A stretch of DNA of 17,267 nucleotides from Promethearchaeota archaeon (GTDB lineage: Archaea; Asgardarchaeota; Lokiarchaeia; Sigyniarchaeales; SOKP01). The notes under the pieces were generated by a model. It was not told where the DNA came from and did not search any database. It saw only the letters and a list, made by a program, of their open reading frames with translations. Of the stretch, positions 16,215 to 17,267 are shown piece by piece. Numbering within the stretch: position 1 is the stretch's first letter; each line of letters opens with the position of its first letter. Location: positions 1 through 17,267 of the forward strand of contig JABXKD010000073.1 of NCBI GenBank assembly GCA_013375475.1, given 5' to 3'. The position numbers were made by a program, and so were the translations under genes.

Positions 16215-17069
16215 ATGCCTAAAGAGAAAATTATAAAAAATCAACCGTTTAAAGGAAAATGGGCAATAATAAGTGGTGGGTCAAAAGGGATTGGCAAAGC
16301 TACAGCAAAAATATTCATACAATTAGGTGGGAACGTGTGTATAGTAGCTAGAACTTTAGAAACGTTAAACGATGCTGCTGAAGAGATTAAAAGCTTGAAA
16401 ATAGACGAGAGTCAATTGGTGGAAGTCATTTCTTGCGATATGTCTAATATGGAACAAGTTGAGCAGTTATTTAAAAAGCACATCAAAGAGTTTGGGGTTC
16501 CAGATTATTCGTTTAACATCGTAGGTATCTCTTATCCGAATTATACGGATAAACTGACCATCGAAGATTACAAATTTCATATGAACACCAATTTTTTTGG
16601 TCAATTAAATTCAATTTTAACGATATTACCCTATTATATGGAACGAAAAGAGGGTTATTTTATCAACATGTCTTCTCTTGCGGGATACATTGGTGTAATG
16701 GGTTATGCAGCGTATACTCCTACTAAATTTGCAATCGTAGGGCTAAGTGAGGTTCTGAGAAATGAATACAAGCAATATAATATTAAAGTTTCTATAGTTT
16801 ACCCGCCTGATACGGATACTTTCGGACTTCATGAAGAAGCAAAAACCAGACCTGAGGAGTTAAACATCATTGCAGAAAAAGCAGGGCTTATGGAACCCGA
16901 TGAAGTAGCGAGAATCATAATTAAGGGTGTATTGAAAGAGAAGTTTTACATTCACGCCGGATCGTCTAAAGTGTACTGGAGAATAATGAGATTATTTCCT
17001 AAGCTCGTACATAAATTCACCGATAGCGATCTTAAAAAAGCTAGAAAGAAGTTGAGTAAAAAAATTTAA
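16215..17069 (+). CDS. SDR of the KDSR / 3-ketodihydrosphingosine reductase-like subfamily
   Basis: SGGSKGIG, VAR (NADPH preference), YTPTK and the subfamily-typical VYPPDTDT.G..EE..T.P.E segment. Confidence 0.75.
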   Translation: MPKEKIIKNQPFKGKWAIISGGSKGIGKATAKIFIQLGGNVCIVARTLETLNDAAEEIKSLKIDESQLVEVISCDMSNMEQVEQLFKKHIKEFGVPDYSFNIVGISYPNYTDKLTIEDYKFHMNTNFFGQLNSILTILPYYMERKEGYFINMSSLAGYIGVMGYAAYTPTKFAIVGLSEVLRNEYKQYNIKVSIVYPPDTDTFGLHEEAKTRPEELNIIAEKAGLMEPDEVARIIIKGVLKEKFYIHAGSSKVYWRIMRLFPKLVHKFTDSDLKKARKKLSKKI

Positions 17070-17097
17070 TTTTTTTTTATTTATTTATTTATTTATT
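17070..17097 (+). terminator. Oligo-T terminator with TTTA repeats
   Basis: A T-run followed by ATTT repeats immediately after the stop codon. Confidence 0.5.
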
Positions 17098-17128
17098 ATA
17101 GAAGATTATCCTTAACAATCCATTAGAG

Positions 17129-17267
17129 GTGAGATTAGTCAAAAAATTAAAATTTAAAATATCTATTCCGCTAAAAGGTTTACAAAGTGGTAAGGAATAC
17201 GAATTTGAGATTAAGGACGATGCAAATTTTATTGAAGCGTTAGCTTTAGTTGACAAGATGGAGAGAG
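17129..17267 (+). CDS. Partial ORF running off the window end; hypothetical, possibly beta-grasp fold
   Basis: Manual translation from GTG 17129 gives MRLVKKLKFKISIPLKGLQSGKEYEFEIKDDANFIEALALVDKMER with no stop in 46 codons. Confidence 0.6.
   Translation, partial: MRLVKKLKFKISIPLKGLQSGKEYEFEIKDDANFIEALALVDKMER

Noticed and set aside
3998-17069. A single glycosphingolipid-type pathway cluster made of the hydratase, sialidase, SDRs and KDSR-like gene
   Set aside because: The genes are scattered on different strands with separate promoters and terminators, so co-location alone does not support one pathway.

Overview
AT-rich, gene-dense prokaryotic window. TATA-like boxes about 25-35 nt upstream of starts, oligo-T terminators and the gene repertoire suggest an archaeon, possibly Asgard/Lokiarchaeia (inference, not tested). 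In order it holds: the 3' part of a histidine operon (hisD end, hisC, hisB, hisH, and a single-ORF HisA-HisF fusion); an MFE-2-type enoyl-CoA hydratase 2; a minus-strand block (kal, kce, SAM methyltransferase, phytoene-desaturase-family oxidoreductase); a 10-Cys mini-protein; a GH33 sialidase with no signal peptide; a 530-aa coiled-coil orphan; an SDR; a roughly 210-nt intergenic segment rich in nested inverted repeats; two small 2-TM proteins; a fused DppB-DppC permease whose two halves both appear to lack the ATPase-coupling (EAA) loop; a 4-TM protein paired with a KDSR-like SDR; and the start of a possible beta-grasp protein. The best candidates for something undescribed are the EAA-less fused permease with its divergent small membrane genes, the putative structured RNA, and the HisAF fusion. 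No CRISPR array, tRNA/rRNA or transposase was seen.
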